From: an uncultured delta proteobacterium
Lineage (GTDB): Bacteria; Desulfobacterota; Binatia; HRBIN30; BPIQ01
Length of the DNA: 64,000 bases
Assembly: GCA_963761335.1 (NCBI GenBank)
Contig: CAVXGR010000018.1
Span: 672,001 to 736,000 of the forward strand
Direction: 5' to 3'
In this document: positions 18,094 through 30,077 of the stretch, piece by piece
How the letters are laid out: each line of letters begins with the position of its first letter
Position numbering within the stretch: position 1 is the stretch's first letter
Position numbers and translations under genes: made by a program
Notes under the pieces: generated by a model
Databases searched by the model: none
Told to the model about the DNA's origin: nothing
The model's input: the letters and a program-made list of their open reading frames with translations, nothing else

Positions 18094-18966
18094 TCACTTG
18101 CGCCGCGGCGGGCGGCCGCCCTTCGGCGTCTTGGCGGGCAACGTCTGCGACAGCAGCTTTCCCGCGGTGGTCATCCAGGCAATCAGGGTGTCGGCGAGGG
18201 CCGGCGCCATGGCGCCGAGCAGCTCGATGGTGGCGCTGCCGGGCGGCACCGAGATCTCCCGCAGCCGAAACCGCACTGCCAGAAGGATGGCCGCGACCAC
18301 CCAATCCGCCGGCATGTTCAGCAGCGCCGGCCACGTCGGCAGCACCTCTCCTTGCTCGATGTCGCGTGCCATCGGCGTGTCGACCACGCCCGGGAGGACG
18401 AGGCCCACGTGGATGTACGAGGGCGCCTCGGTGCGCAGCGCCTCGGTCATGCCGATCAGCCCGAACTTGGTGGCGCAGTAGCCTCCGAGCGGCGTGACGC
18501 CGCGGCGGCCGCCGAGCGAGGCGACATTGACGATCGATCCGCCTTTCTGGCGCTCCATTACCGGCAGGGTCGCCTGCATCATGAACAGAGCGCCGAATAG
18601 GTTGACCTTCAGCATCGCCTCCAGGTCGGCGGCGCGCAGCTTGGCCACCGTCGACGGAATGAGGATGCCGGCGTTGTTGATCAGGCAGTCGATCCGTCCC
18701 CATTTGCGCACCGTGGCGGCGACCGCCTTGTGCGCCGAGCGAGGGTCGCCGACGTCGGTCGGCAGTACCAGCGTGCGGCCGTCGTCGCCGATCGCCGCGG
18801 CGAGGTCATCGAGCCGATCCCGGCGGCGCGCCGCCAGCGCCACCGAGGCACCCTGCTTGCCGAAGCGCCGCGCCGCCTCGCGGCCGATGCCGCTCGACGC
18901 CCCGGTGATCAGGATCACCTGATTGCGCAGCGAGCCGATGAGGGGGAGAACGCGATCGATCAGCAT
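18094..18966 (-). CDS. Short-chain dehydrogenase/reductase
   Basis: TGASSGIG, NNAG, YCATK. Confidence 0.92.
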   Translation of the reverse strand: MLIDRVLPLIGSLRNQVILITGASSGIGREAARRFGKQGASVALAARRRDRLDDLAAAIGDDGRTLVLPTDVGDPRSAHKAVAATVRKWGRIDCLINNAGILIPSTVAKLRAADLEAMLKVNLFGALFMMQATLPVMERQKGGSIVNVASLGGRRGVTPLGGYCATKFGLIGMTEALRTEAPSYIHVGLVLPGVVDTPMARDIEQGEVLPTWPALLNMPADWVVAAILLAVRFRLREISVPPGSATIELLGAMAPALADTLIAWMTTAGKLLSQTLPAKTPKGGRPPRRK

Positions 18967-18987
18967 CGTCGTTCTCCGCCCCCCGCT

Positions 18988-19833
18988 TCACCTGCTACCG
19001 GACGCTTCGGCGAGGAAGGTGAGCACCTCACGGTTGAAGATTTCCGGGGTCTCGAAGTTGAAGCCGTGGCTGCCGCCGGGCACCTTGACGAGCTTGGCGC
19101 CGGGGATATTGCGCGCCAGGATGTCGGAGTTGGCGGGTGGAATCAGGCGGTCGGCATCGCCGGTGATCACCAGCGTGGGGACCTGGATCTGGTGCAGGCG
19201 GTCGGTCGCCCGGTGCGACATTACCGCCGCCACCTGGCCGACGATCGCCTCGAGGCTGAAGCCGTACTGCAACGCACCCGAGAACACCTCCATCAGCTTC
19301 GGCAGCTCGTGCTCGATGTACTCAGGATTGAAGACGGTCGGCAGCAGATGCTGGAAGAAGCTGAGCGGGTCGATGGCGTTGACGTCGATGCGCATCTCGC
19401 CGCCGGCGCCGAGCGAGCCGCCGAACTGGGACAGCGAGAACTCGCGCTGGCGCTCGATGTCGGCGTCGGGCTCGGGATAGGTACAGCCGAGCACCAGGCT
19501 GCGCACCCGCCGCGGGTGGCGGAGCGCCAGCTCCTGGGCGATCATGCCGCCCATGGAGACGCCGACGACGTGGGCGCGGTCGATCTTCAGGTGCTCGAGC
19601 AGGCCGGCGGCGTCGTCCGCCATCTGGTGAATGGAGTACGGGCCGGGAGGCTTGCTGCTGCGGCCGACGCCGCGATTGTCGAAGACGATCGTGCGGTAGT
19701 GCTTGGAGAAGTCCGGCAGCTGGAACATCCAGGCGGTCGAGTCGGCGGCCAGCCCCATGATCAGCAGCAGCGGCTCGCCGCTGCCGTGCTCCTCGTAATA
19801 CAGCTCGATCGAATCGACTCTGGTCATCGGCAT
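18988..19833 (-). CDS. Alpha/beta fold hydrolase (enol-lactonase-like)
   Basis: DNRGVGRS, GVSMGG nucleophile elbow, GDAD, GGSH. Confidence 0.9.
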   Translation of the reverse strand: MPMTRVDSIELYYEEHGSGEPLLLIMGLAADSTAWMFQLPDFSKHYRTIVFDNRGVGRSSKPPGPYSIHQMADDAAGLLEHLKIDRAHVVGVSMGGMIAQELALRHPRRVRSLVLGCTYPEPDADIERQREFSLSQFGGSLGAGGEMRIDVNAIDPLSFFQHLLPTVFNPEYIEHELPKLMEVFSGALQYGFSLEAIVGQVAAVMSHRATDRLHQIQVPTLVITGDADRLIPPANSDILARNIPGAKLVKVPGGSHGFNFETPEIFNREVLTFLAEASGSR

Positions 19834-19952
19834 CGTCTGCGATCCTCCGCGTTCCCGAAATTCGGCGGGATCCTACCAGAAGTCATCACGGCGGCGATAG
19901 AGGCGCAGCGGCGGGGTCGGCCCCGCGGCTGCGCCAATGACAATGGAGATGC

Positions 19953-21884
<1,932 letters not shown>

Positions 21885-22008
21885 GCAGAAGGCTCCTCCC
21901 AGTGACGCATAGTAGTCCGCCAGGCGAGGCGATCAATCGAAAAGGAGGCGAGGCGTTGCCTGCGCCCCTCCGGGGCGATCTGCCCCTGCCCCCTGCCGGT
22001 TCTCGGAG

Positions 22009-22034
22009 TGAACCTTTTCCCTCGCCGCGGCGTA
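22009..22034 (+). promoter_or_regulatory. ECF sigma (SigW-like) promoter
   Basis: TGAACC-N16-CGTA with TTTT right after the -35 element, 32 nt upstream of the first gene of an ECF-containing cluster. Confidence 0.65.
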
Positions 22035-22066
22035 TTACGCTTTGAGAGCAACGAGAGGAGGGAGAG

Positions 22067-22462
22067 ATGTCCGAAATGAAGCCGTGTCCCTTTTGTGGCG
22101 AATCCATCCGCGCCGAGGCCATTCGCTGCCGGTACTGCCGCAGCCGCCTGACGTCCTTCGACGCCGAACGCTGGCACCGCAGCCATCCCGATGCCCGGCT
22201 CGCCGGCGTGGCATCGGCGCTGTCGCGCTCCCTGGCCGTGCCGGTGGCCGCGGTGCGCCTCGGCTTCGTGCTGCTCACCTTCTTCCACCTGATCGGCGTG
22301 GTTCTCTACGGGGTGCTGTGGGTGGTGATCCCGCCGCGGCCGGGGCAGGAGTCGCTGCTGGAGAGCGCCTTGCACGAGGCTCTGGCTCTGGCGCGGCGGC
22401 TGAGCGGGCGCCGCAACGGGCCGCCGCCTCCACCGCGCGCCTGGGAGCCGTCATCGGACTAA
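22067..22462 (+). CDS. Zinc-ribbon + PspC domain membrane protein (copy 1)
   Basis: CPFC-x10-CRYC then RSHPDARLAGVASAL...VRLGFVLL...LYGVLWVVIP. Confidence 0.88.
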   Translation: MSEMKPCPFCGESIRAEAIRCRYCRSRLTSFDAERWHRSHPDARLAGVASALSRSLAVPVAAVRLGFVLLTFFHLIGVVLYGVLWVVIPPRPGQESLLESALHEALALARRLSGRRNGPPPPPRAWEPSSD

Positions 22463-22480
22463 TCGTGCTATGCGGGGGCG

Positions 22481-22999
22481 ATGGCGACCGATGAGGATCT
22501 CGTTCTCCAGATGGCAAACGGGGACGAGCCGGCGCTGCGCGAGCTTCTGCGGCGCTATCAGCAGCCTCTCGGTCACTTCATCCACCGCCACACGGGCGGC
22601 GCCGATGTCGAGGACATCTTCCAGGAGACCTGGCTGCGCGTGGTGCGGAACGCCTCGCGCTTCGATGTCTCCAAACGCTTCTCGACCTGGCTCTTCCAGA
22701 TCGCCGTCAACCTCTGTCGCGACTGGCGGCGGCGTCCGCCGCCGGAGGCGATCGGGGCGCCGCCCGCGGAGGGCGGAGCGACTGCGGATCTCGGCGCCGC
22801 CGAGATCCGCATGGATGCCGCGCGGCTCCTCCAGGGGCTGCCCGAGAAGCAGCGCGAGGCCTTGATCTTGCGGTATTACAACGACCTGAGCGAGCAGGAG
22901 ACGGCGACGGTGCTGGACTGCCCGGTGGGCACGGTGAAGAGCCGGGTGCACGGGGCGCTGGCGCGGCTCGCCGATCTGATCCGCAGAGAAGAGACATGA
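22481..22999 (+). CDS. ECF RNA polymerase sigma factor
   Basis: DEDLV...GDEPA, VEDIFQETWL, FSTWLFQIAVNLCRD, region 4 GTVKSR. Confidence 0.93.
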   Translation: MATDEDLVLQMANGDEPALRELLRRYQQPLGHFIHRHTGGADVEDIFQETWLRVVRNASRFDVSKRFSTWLFQIAVNLCRDWRRRPPPEAIGAPPAEGGATADLGAAEIRMDAARLLQGLPEKQREALILRYYNDLSEQETATVLDCPVGTVKSRVHGALARLADLIRREET

Positions 23000-23454
23000 C
23001 GGACGACTCCCACGAGCGCCGCATCGCCGGGATCCCGGCACAGCTGCGCCAACATGCCCGCGAGTGCGACGATTGTCGGGCGGCGCCTCTGCCGCTGGAG
23101 AACATCGCGGCGGCTCTGTCCGAGGAGAGCCGGCTCGACCTCGAGGCGCTGTCCTTCCAGGTGATGGTGCGCCTGCGGCCGGAGCTGGAGCGACGCGCGG
23201 CTGCGGCCAGCAGGCGGCGCTTGCTGATCGCGTTGCTGCTGTCGCTGTTGCCGCTGCCTCTGGTGGTGGCCTTCGACGCCGCCTTCCTGGCGGTGGTGTA
23301 CGAGGTGGCGCAAGCGCTCGTTCCCGGCGGCGTCGCCGCCTATGCGGTGCTCAGCTACGGTGCCTTTCTGCTCCTGCTCTTCGCCTCCACGTACGCGGCG
23401 GTTCCCGTCCTCATGGAAAAGGGTGGGATATCACCGCGTCCTGCGATCGGATGA
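22996..23454 (+). CDS. Putative ZAS-type membrane anti-sigma factor
   Basis: ATGA-coupled to the sigma gene; HARECDDC = HxxxCxxC; C-terminal hydrophobic helices. Confidence 0.75.
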   Translation: MTDDSHERRIAGIPAQLRQHARECDDCRAAPLPLENIAAALSEESRLDLEALSFQVMVRLRPELERRAAAASRRRLLIALLLSLLPLPLVVAFDAAFLAVVYEVAQALVPGGVAAYAVLSYGAFLLLLFASTYAAVPVLMEKGGISPRPAIG

Positions 23455-23460
23455 TGCCCG

Positions 23461-23760
23461 ATGAAACGTTGCCCGTACTGTGCCGAAGAAATCCAGGATC
23501 AGGCAGTGAAGTGCCGCTACTGCGGCAGCCTGGTCGAGGGGCTGCCGCTGACGCAGACCTGGTATCGCCGTCGCCGCGGCAAGATGATTGCCGGCGTCTG
23601 CGCCGGCCTCGCCGAGCAGTTCGGCGTCTCGGTCACGGCGCTCCGCCTGGCAGCGGTGCTCTTCACGCTCATCGGCGGCTGGGGGCTGATCATCTACATC
23701 GTTCTCTGGGTGATCATGCCCTATCGCGACGCCGGCTACGGCGATCTGACGCCGCTATAG
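23461..23760 (+). CDS. Zinc-ribbon + PspC domain membrane protein (copy 2)
   Basis: CPYC-x10-CRYC then [21 protein letters not shown]...[10 protein letters not shown]. Confidence 0.9.
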   Translation: MKRCPYCAEEIQDQAVKCRYCGSLVEGLPLTQTWYRRRRGKMIAGVCAGLAEQFGVSVTALRLAAVLFTLIGGWGLIIYIVLWVIMPYRDAGYGDLTPL

Positions 23761-23780
23761 AAACGGGTCTCTCGGGGGGC

Positions 23781-23915
23781 GGTGACTCAGTGGCTCAGTT
23801 TCTCGGTCACTCGGAGGCCGGTGGCCGCTTGATTCACCGAGCCACTGAGCCACCGAGCCACCGAGCCAGCGAGCCACTGAGCCACCGAGTCACCGAGTCA
23901 CCGAGCTACCGAGGC
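23781..23915. repeat. Octamer tandem array (GAGCCACC/GAGTCACC), with short complementary array to its left
   Basis: About 9-10 consecutive 8-mers at 23835-23915; GGTGACTCAGTGGCTCAG at 23781. Confidence 0.8.
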
Positions 23916-23923
23916 ACTTTGAG

Positions 23924-24925
23924 TCACCAGCTGCGGGTCTCGCCGATGGAGAGAACCCAGGCGCGGTCTTCGCCGAGGCCGCGCCGGGCGGCGGCGGCGC
24001 GGAAGCGCCGCGGCGGCTCGTCGAGCGGCTCGTCGGTGAGGTCGAAGGTGCCGAAGTGCATGGCGACTACGTGGCGGGCGTGCAGGTCGACCGCCGCCTG
24101 GATCGCCTCTTCCGGATCGAGGTGGACGAAACGCATCATGGCGCGCGGATCGTAGGCGCCGATCGGCAGGGCGGCGACGTCGATGGGGCCGAAGCGATCG
24201 CCGATCTCACTGAAGCCGGAGAAGTAGCCGGTGTCTCCGGAGTGGTAGAACCGGGTCGTCGGTCCCTCGACCACGAAGCCGGCCCACAGGCGCTTGTCCT
24301 GATCGGTCAGCGAGCGACCGGAGAAGTGCTGCGCCGGAACGCAATGGACGCGCACCGTGCCCACGGCCACCTCGTCCCACCAGTCGAGCTCGATGGCCTC
24401 GCCTCCCGCCTCGCGGATGAGGTCGCCGAGACCCAGGGGAGTGATGATGCGGGTGCCCCGGCGGATCAGGGTGCGGATCGAGTCGAGGTCGGCGTGGTCG
24501 TAGTGGTCGTGTGAGACGAGGGCGAAGTCGACCGGCGGCAGCACCTCGAGGGGAACGCCCGGTTGTACCAGCCGCGCCGGCCCGGCGAAGGGCAGGGGGC
24601 TGGCGCGCTCGGAGAACATCGGATCGGTCAGGAAGGTGACGCCGTCCATGCGCACCAGGAAGGTGGCGTGTCCGATCCAGGTGATGCCGGGATTGTGCCG
24701 TAGGGCCTGGAGGTCATAGGGCACGCGCGGCGCGGCGCCGCCGCGCCCGACGAGCGACGTCCACGCCTTGCGCAGGAAGAACGGCAGCTGCACACCGATG
24801 AAGTCGCCGCGCTCGCCGTGCCCGGCGAGGTTGACGAAACGCCCGCCCTGGCGCGGCGCCCCGGCGGAAGCGTTCTGCGCGGCAGCCATACACATGATCG
24901 CAGCGGCGGGGATCAGATGGCGCAT
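23924..24925 (-). CDS. MBL-fold metallo-hydrolase (NAPE-PLD/RomA-like)
   Basis: TWIGHAT, LTDPMFS, SHDHYDHAD (HxHxDH), PAQHFSGR, SGDTGY, MHFGTF. Confidence 0.9.
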   Translation of the reverse strand: MRHLIPAAAIMCMAAAQNASAGAPRQGGRFVNLAGHGERGDFIGVQLPFFLRKAWTSLVGRGGAAPRVPYDLQALRHNPGITWIGHATFLVRMDGVTFLTDPMFSERASPLPFAGPARLVQPGVPLEVLPPVDFALVSHDHYDHADLDSIRTLIRRGTRIITPLGLGDLIREAGGEAIELDWWDEVAVGTVRVHCVPAQHFSGRSLTDQDKRLWAGFVVEGPTTRFYHSGDTGYFSGFSEIGDRFGPIDVAALPIGAYDPRAMMRFVHLDPEEAIQAAVDLHARHVVAMHFGTFDLTDEPLDEPPRRFRAAAARRGLGEDRAWVLSIGETRSW

Positions 24926-24933
24926 GATGAAAG

Positions 24934-25060
24934 GTGGCTCAGTGGCTCAGTGGCTCAGTGGCTCAGTGGCTCGAGTTGTCGGGTTGTTGGGGTTTTGCTG
25001 CGTCGAATTGTACTCGATAACCCTACAACCCGTAAACTCGCCAACCCGACAACCGAGAAA
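24934..25060. repeat. Octamer arrays: (GTGGCTCA)n followed by inverted GGGTTGTT/AACCC-type arrays
   Basis: GTGGCTCA x4 plus GTGGCTC at 24934-24972; loosely self-complementary 8-mer tracts at 24973-25060. Confidence 0.7.
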
Positions 25061-25064
25061 CGTC

Positions 25065-28000
25065 TTACGGCGCCGGCGTTGGGGTTGCCGTGGGGACGCG
25101 GACGATCATCTGCGCCGTGGGACCGGGGACGCCGTTGATGTCCTCGACCTGCAGGGTGATCAGGGTGTCACCCTCGTTGAAGGCGGCGCTCTGGTTCACG
25201 TTGTCGCAGAACTGCGTGGAGTTCTTGGTGGCGCTGTAGGGGCCGAGAAAGCCGAAGTCGCCCTTGTAGTTGAGGGTGCAGGCGTCGCCTGAACTGGTGA
25301 TCGCCGGGCTGAAGCGACAGCCGAACTGATTGAGGACCGTGGTCACCGATTGGCCCGGCCCGAAGCTGGGGGGCGATATTTCCGGGATTCCGTCGTCGCA
25401 GGCATTGGCGGTGGGGCTGTTGCAGTCGAGCGGCGCCGGGTTGTCGCCGAGCCCGCGATCGGCCTGCACCTGCAGGGCGGGGCGATCCGCACACAAGTTG
25501 GCGGCGACGCGCGTCGTGCCCGGAGCGGCGTTCGTCGCTCCCTTCTGCACTTCGACGACGATCAAGCCGCGCCGGCCGCCCTGAGCCGGGTAGACAGGAA
25601 TGCCGTTCAGCATCTCGGGCGTGGGTGTGGCGCCGGCGCAGGCGCAGAAGAAGCCGTTGAAGCAGCCGATGATGCAGCCGTCGGGGCGAACCAGAGACAG
25701 GTGGGTGATGATCGGCCCACTGCCCGGAGCAGCGGTCTTCGTCGGCGTGCGCGTCAGCGTCGCTGTCTTGGTTGGCGTGCTGGTCTTCGTCGGCGTCTGT
25801 GTCCGCGTCGGCGTCTTCGTCGGCGTGCCCGTCTGGGTCGAGGTCGGGGTGCGGCTCGGCGTGGCGGTGCGCGTCGGGGTGCCCGCCACTGCCGTGTGGC
25901 TCGGCACCGGGGAGGACGTGGGCGATGGCGACGGCGGACTGGTCGCCGTGGGGTTGGGGCTCGAGGTCGGTGTCGGCGGGGCGACCGAGCCGTCCCAGAC
26001 CTGAACCTCGGCGATCGACAGATACTCCTGGCGGTTGAGCTGCAGGCGCACGTAGCGGCCGCTGCGGAAGACGCTCACCGTCGTCGGGGTGCCGGCGGTG
26101 CCGGCGACGAAGTAGCTGGAGACGCCGCTCTGGTTGAGGGTGGCGGTGAGGTCGGTGGAGGCGAAGGGCACATCGGAGACGAATACGTAGAAGCCGCTGA
26201 GGCGCTCGGAGCAGCAGTCGGTGCGGTTCCAGATGTCGACGTTGCTGATGGCGCCGACGGCGCCGAGATCGACCTGCCACCAGGCGTAGAGATCGCGGTC
26301 GGTGTGGATGACCGAGCCGTGCGCCCAGTTGCCGTCGGTGTTGCCATCGACGGCGCGCGACGGGTCGCCGCCGAAGGGATTGCTCGACTGCGTCGCCGCC
26401 TTGCCGAGGGCGCGGTTGGGATTGCCCGCCGGCGTCGTGCTCGCCGTGGCCGTGGCAGTCGGGGCCGGAGCCGTGGCGGTGCGCGTGGCGCTCGGGGAGG
26501 CGGAGGAGGTCGAGGTGGCGGTGGCCGGCGGTGCGGTGGCGGTGCGCGTCGAGGTGGGCGTCAAGGCGGCGGCGCCGCTCCACACCTGAACCTCGGCGAT
26601 CGACAGGTATTCCTGGCGGTTGAGCTGCACGCGCACATACCGGCCGCTGCGCGACACCGGGATGGACGTTGGGCTGCCGGCGGTGCCGGCAACGAAGTAG
26701 CTGGAGACGCCGCTCTGGTTGAGGGTGGCGGTGAGGTCGGCGGAGGCGAAGGGCACATCGGAGACGAAGATGTAGAAGCCGCTGAGGCGCTCGGAGCAGC
26801 AGTCGGTGCGGTTCCAGATGTCGACGCTGCCGATGGCGCCGACGGCGCCGAGATCGACCTGCCACCAGGCGTACAGATCGCGGTCGGTGTGGATGACCGA
26901 CCCGTGCGCCCAGTTGCCGTCGGTGTTGCCATCGACGGCGCGCGACGGGTCGCCGCCGAAGGGATTGCTCGACTGCGTCGCCGCCTTGCCGAGGGCGCGG
27001 TTGGGATTGCCCGCCGGCGTCGTGCTCGCCGTGGCCGTGGCAGTCGGGGCCGGAGCCGTGGCGGTGCGCGTGGCGCTCGGGGAGGCGGAGGAGGTCGAGG
27101 TGGCGGTGGCCGGCGGTGCGGTGGCGGTGCGCGTCGAGGTGGGCGTGAAGGCGGCGGCGCCGCTCCACACCTGAACCTCGGCGATCGACAGGTATTCCTG
27201 GCGGTTGAGCTGCACGCGCACATACCGGCCGCTGCGCGACACCGGGATGGACGTTGGGCTGCCGGCGGTGCCGGCAACGAAGTAGCTGGAGACGCCGCTC
27301 TGGTTGAGAGTGGCGGTGAGGTCGGTGGAGGCGAAGGGCACATCGGAGACGAAGATGTAGAAGCCGCTGAGGCGCTCGGAGCAGCAGTCGGTGCGGTTCC
27401 AGATGTCGACGCTGCCGATGGCGCCTACGGCGCCGAGATCGACCTGCCACCAGGCGTACGGATCGCGGTCCGTATGGGTGACCGAGCCGTGGGCCCAGTT
27501 GCCGTCGGTGTTGCCGTCGACAGCGCGCGACGGGTCGCCGCCGAAAGGATTGCTCGACTGCGTCGCCGCCATGCCGAGGGCGAGGTCGGAGACTCCGACA
27601 GGCGTTGCCGTCGCCGCAGTGGTGCGCGTCGGACTCGGGGAGGGCGGCAAGGTCGAGGTCGAGGTCGCGGTGGCGGTGCGCGTCGGCGTCGGTGTAGACG
27701 TCGGAGAGCCGTCCCATACCTGTACCTCGGCGATCGACAGGTATTCCTGGCGGTTGAGCTGCAGGCGCACATACCGGCCGCTGCGCGACACCGGGATCGA
27801 GGTCGGGCTGCCGGCGGTGCCGGCAACGAAGTAGCTGGAGACGCCGCTTTGGTTGAGAGTGGCGGTGAGGTCGGTGGAGGCAAAGGGCACATCGGAGACG
27901 AATACGTAGAAGCCGCTGAGGCGCTCGGAGCAGCAGTCGGTGCGGTTCCAGATGTCGATGCCGCTGATGACGCCGACGGCGCCGAGATCGACCTGCCACC

Positions 28001-28256
28001 AGGCGTAGACATCGCGGTCGGTGTGGCTGACCGAGCCGTGTGCCCAGTTGCCGTCGGTGTTGCCGTCAACGGCACGAGACGGATCGCCTCCGAACGGGTT
28101 GCTCGACTGCGCCGCCGCCTTGCCGAGCGCCAGATCGGTGGCCGCCGCTGCCGGACAGACGCCCGAGATGCTCAGGACGAGCATCAGTGCCACCGCCGAT
28201 TCCACGGCAAAACCCCCGGCCCGGGGGATCAGCCCGTTCGAGATGAGTTTGAACAC
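25065..28256 (-). CDS. Secreted protein with four tandem F-type lectin (fucolectin/discoidin-fold) domains, Thr/Pro linkers and a Cys-rich C-terminal domain
   Basis: Each unit has H-x26-R-T-D-x4-R ([13 protein letters not shown]...RTDCCSER); start uncertain (GTG 28256 or ATG 28184); the ORF-track extension to 30029 is antisense to the next gene. Confidence 0.85.
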   Translation of the reverse strand: MFKLISNGLIPRAGGFAVESAVALMLVLSISGVCPAAAATDLALGKAAAQSSNPFGGDPSRAVDGNTDGNWAHGSVSHTDRDVYAWWQVDLGAVGVISGIDIWNRTDCCSERLSGFYVFVSDVPFASTDLTATLNQSGVSSYFVAGTAGSPTSIPVSRSGRYVRLQLNRQEYLSIAEVQVWDGSPTSTPTPTRTATATSTSTLPPSPSPTRTTAATATPVGVSDLALGMAATQSSNPFGGDPSRAVDGNTDGNWAHGSVTHTDRDPYAWWQVDLGAVGAIGSVDIWNRTDCCSERLSGFYIFVSDVPFASTDLTATLNQSGVSSYFVAGTAGSPTSIPVSRSGRYVRVQLNRQEYLSIAEVQVWSGAAAFTPTSTRTATAPPATATSTSSASPSATRTATAPAPTATATASTTPAGNPNRALGKAATQSSNPFGGDPSRAVDGNTDGNWAHGSVIHTDRDLYAWWQVDLGAVGAIGSVDIWNRTDCCSERLSGFYIFVSDVPFASADLTATLNQSGVSSYFVAGTAGSPTSIPVSRSGRYVRVQLNRQEYLSIAEVQVWSGAAALTPTSTRTATAPPATATSTSSASPSATRTATAPAPTATATASTTPAGNPNRALGKAATQSSNPFGGDPSRAVDGNTDGNWAHGSVIHTDRDLYAWWQVDLGAVGAISNVDIWNRTDCCSERLSGFYVFVSDVPFASTDLTATLNQSGVSSYFVAGTAGTPTTVSVFRSGRYVRLQLNRQEYLSIAEVQVWDGSVAPPTPTSSPNPTATSPPSPSPTSSPVPSHTAVAGTPTRTATPSRTPTSTQTGTPTKTPTRTQTPTKTSTPTKTATLTRTPTKTAAPGSGPIITHLSLVRPDGCIIGCFNGFFCACAGATPTPEMLNGIPVYPAQGGRRGLIVVEVQKGATNAAPGTTRVAANLCADRPALQVQADRGLGDNPAPLDCNSPTANACDDGIPEISPPSFGPGQSVTTVLNQFGCRFSPAITSSGDACTLNYKGDFGFLGPYSATKNSTQFCDNVNQSAAFNEGDTLITLQVEDINGVPGPTAQMIVRVPTATPTPAP
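26001..28135 (-). repeat. Intragenic tandem duplication of the lectin unit (585-bp period for the most similar copies)
   Basis: Identical junction CACACCTGAACCTCGGCGATCGACAGG at 26581 and 27166; near-identical linkers. Confidence 0.9.
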
Positions 28257-28409
28257 GCGAATTTTCGCGAGAGCGCTCTCGGGGCCCAGGTGGACTCTCG
28301 GATGCCCTAGTTGCCGGATTTGGTCGCCAGCGTCAAGACCAATTGTGGCGGGTTGTGACTCGGGTCCATTTACTCTAGGAAGGGCAGTTGGGCAGAGAGG
28401 AGAGGTTCG

Positions 28410-30035
28410 ATGACGCGGAAAATGGTTGGCGCATGTCTCATCGTCCTGCTGGCGGCGAGTGCCGCAATGTCCCTGGACCCGGAGGCCGAATACACTCGAG
28501 GCCTGGTCGCCTACAACTCGGGCGACTACTCTCGCGCCATCTCCATTTTTGATGAGGTCCTCGAGCAGCAGCCCGGCCGGGCCCCGGCGCTCTATTACCG
28601 CGGGCTGGCGAAGGCGAAGCTCAATCGCTACGCGGATGCCATCACCGACCTGAAGCAGGCCGCGGACAGGGATCCCGGTCTGCCGGTCGCGGGGAGTATC
28701 GGCGCCGCCTACTTCGAGCTGCACCAGTACGACGAGGCGACGCCTTGGCTGCGGCGTGCCGTGGACCGCGGCCAGGCGCCCGGCTCCGCCAACCTCGCGC
28801 TCGGCATCATCGCCTACGAGCAGAACCGTTACGCCGACGCGGATCGCTACCTGGTGGCCGCTGAAGGAGCCGACCCGAAGGTGAAAGGGACGGCGGAGTT
28901 CTACCGTGGCCTGATCGCCCGCAAGCAGGGGCGCGAGCTCGAAGCCAAGCAGGCCTTCAAGACAGCTCAGGCCACCGGCGCGCCAGAGGTCGCCGAGGCG
29001 GCGGCCCGCCAGCTGGCGGTTGCCGCGGCCGGTACGCAGTTCTCCACGGTTCGCAGCCACCCCATGCCGATTCCCGGGGCCCCGCCGGCGACCCTGTACG
29101 CCTACACCGGCTTCGAGTACGAGAGCAACGTGGTGCTCGAGGATACGCCGTTCATCACCAACAAGGGGAGCGGCCGCTGGATCTTCGGCGCCGGTGGCGA
29201 TTACCGCATCATCGACAACGACATGGTGCGCTGGGATTTTGCGTACGACTTCTACCAGAACATCCATTTCAACGTGAGCAGCGTCAAGCTGCAGGGACAC
29301 ACGCTGCGCTCCTCGGTGTCCTTCGGCAATTGGGCGGTGGTCCCCGGGCTGCACGCCGCCTACGACGCCTATCTCCTCGGCACCGACGGCTATTACCAGG
29401 AGGTCCTCGGCACGCCCTTTCTGGCGATTCCGGAGCCGGGCATCGGCGAGATGGAGCTGTTCTACCGGATTCGCGCGCGCGACTACCTGAGCGCCCCCTT
29501 TGACCCGGCGCAGGACGCCATCAACCACGCCGTCGGCCTGCGGCAGATCTTCCGCTTCGGTCCCCAGGAGGATCGGGTCTTCGACATCGGCTACCAGTGG
29601 GACCGCAACGATCCGATCAGCAGCGTGGCGACCGTCGGAACTCTCGACCCGCAGACCGGACAGGTGACCAACCTGATGCAGGTGGCCAGTGGTCGCGACT
29701 TCGACTATGAGGGGAATGAGCTGGACGTCGGCTTGGCCTGGCCGATTCCCGGATGGGTGGAGGTCGATCTCCGTTACGGCTACCGGCATGAGGACTATCT
29801 TCACGGGAACTCGCGTCTCGCGGCGGTCGACGCCTTTCTGCCCGACGGCACGCGGGTGGAGATTCGCCCCAAGCGCAACGACGACTCGCACTATGTCGTG
29901 CTCGGCGTCACCCGCGATTTCACCGACCGCATCTACGGCCGTCTCGGCTATCGCTTCCGCACCAACGATTCCAACGTGCCCGTCTACAGCTACGATTCGC
30001 ACACGGTGTCGGCCACGGTCGGGGTTCACTTCTGA
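28410..30035 (+). CDS. TPR-repeat protein with C-terminal outer-membrane beta-barrel (SLAM/DUF560-like architecture)
   Basis: GGAGAGG RBS, signal peptide, several TPRs (ALYYRGLAKAKLNRYADAI), GFEYESNV barrel start, alternating aromatic strands, NDSNVPVYSYD, terminal Phe. Confidence 0.75.
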   Translation: MTRKMVGACLIVLLAASAAMSLDPEAEYTRGLVAYNSGDYSRAISIFDEVLEQQPGRAPALYYRGLAKAKLNRYADAITDLKQAADRDPGLPVAGSIGAAYFELHQYDEATPWLRRAVDRGQAPGSANLALGIIAYEQNRYADADRYLVAAEGADPKVKGTAEFYRGLIARKQGRELEAKQAFKTAQATGAPEVAEAAARQLAVAAAGTQFSTVRSHPMPIPGAPPATLYAYTGFEYESNVVLEDTPFITNKGSGRWIFGAGGDYRIIDNDMVRWDFAYDFYQNIHFNVSSVKLQGHTLRSSVSFGNWAVVPGLHAAYDAYLLGTDGYYQEVLGTPFLAIPEPGIGEMELFYRIRARDYLSAPFDPAQDAINHAVGLRQIFRFGPQEDRVFDIGYQWDRNDPISSVATVGTLDPQTGQVTNLMQVASGRDFDYEGNELDVGLAWPIPGWVEVDLRYGYRHEDYLHGNSRLAAVDAFLPDGTRVEIRPKRNDDSHYVVLGVTRDFTDRIYGRLGYRFRTNDSNVPVYSYDSHTVSATVGVHF

Positions 30036-30077
30036 GTGCCGCGGGGCGCCTTCGTCTCAGGTGAGTGCGGAGGACCG

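Noticed and set aside
23781..23915. Possible CRISPR array
   Set aside because: Contiguous 8-bp units with no unique spacers and no cas genes
28257..30029. N-terminal ~590 aa of the 1654-aa minus-strand ORF
   Set aside because: It is the antisense shadow of the TPR-barrel gene; a credible signal peptide and lectin domains begin only near 28256/28184
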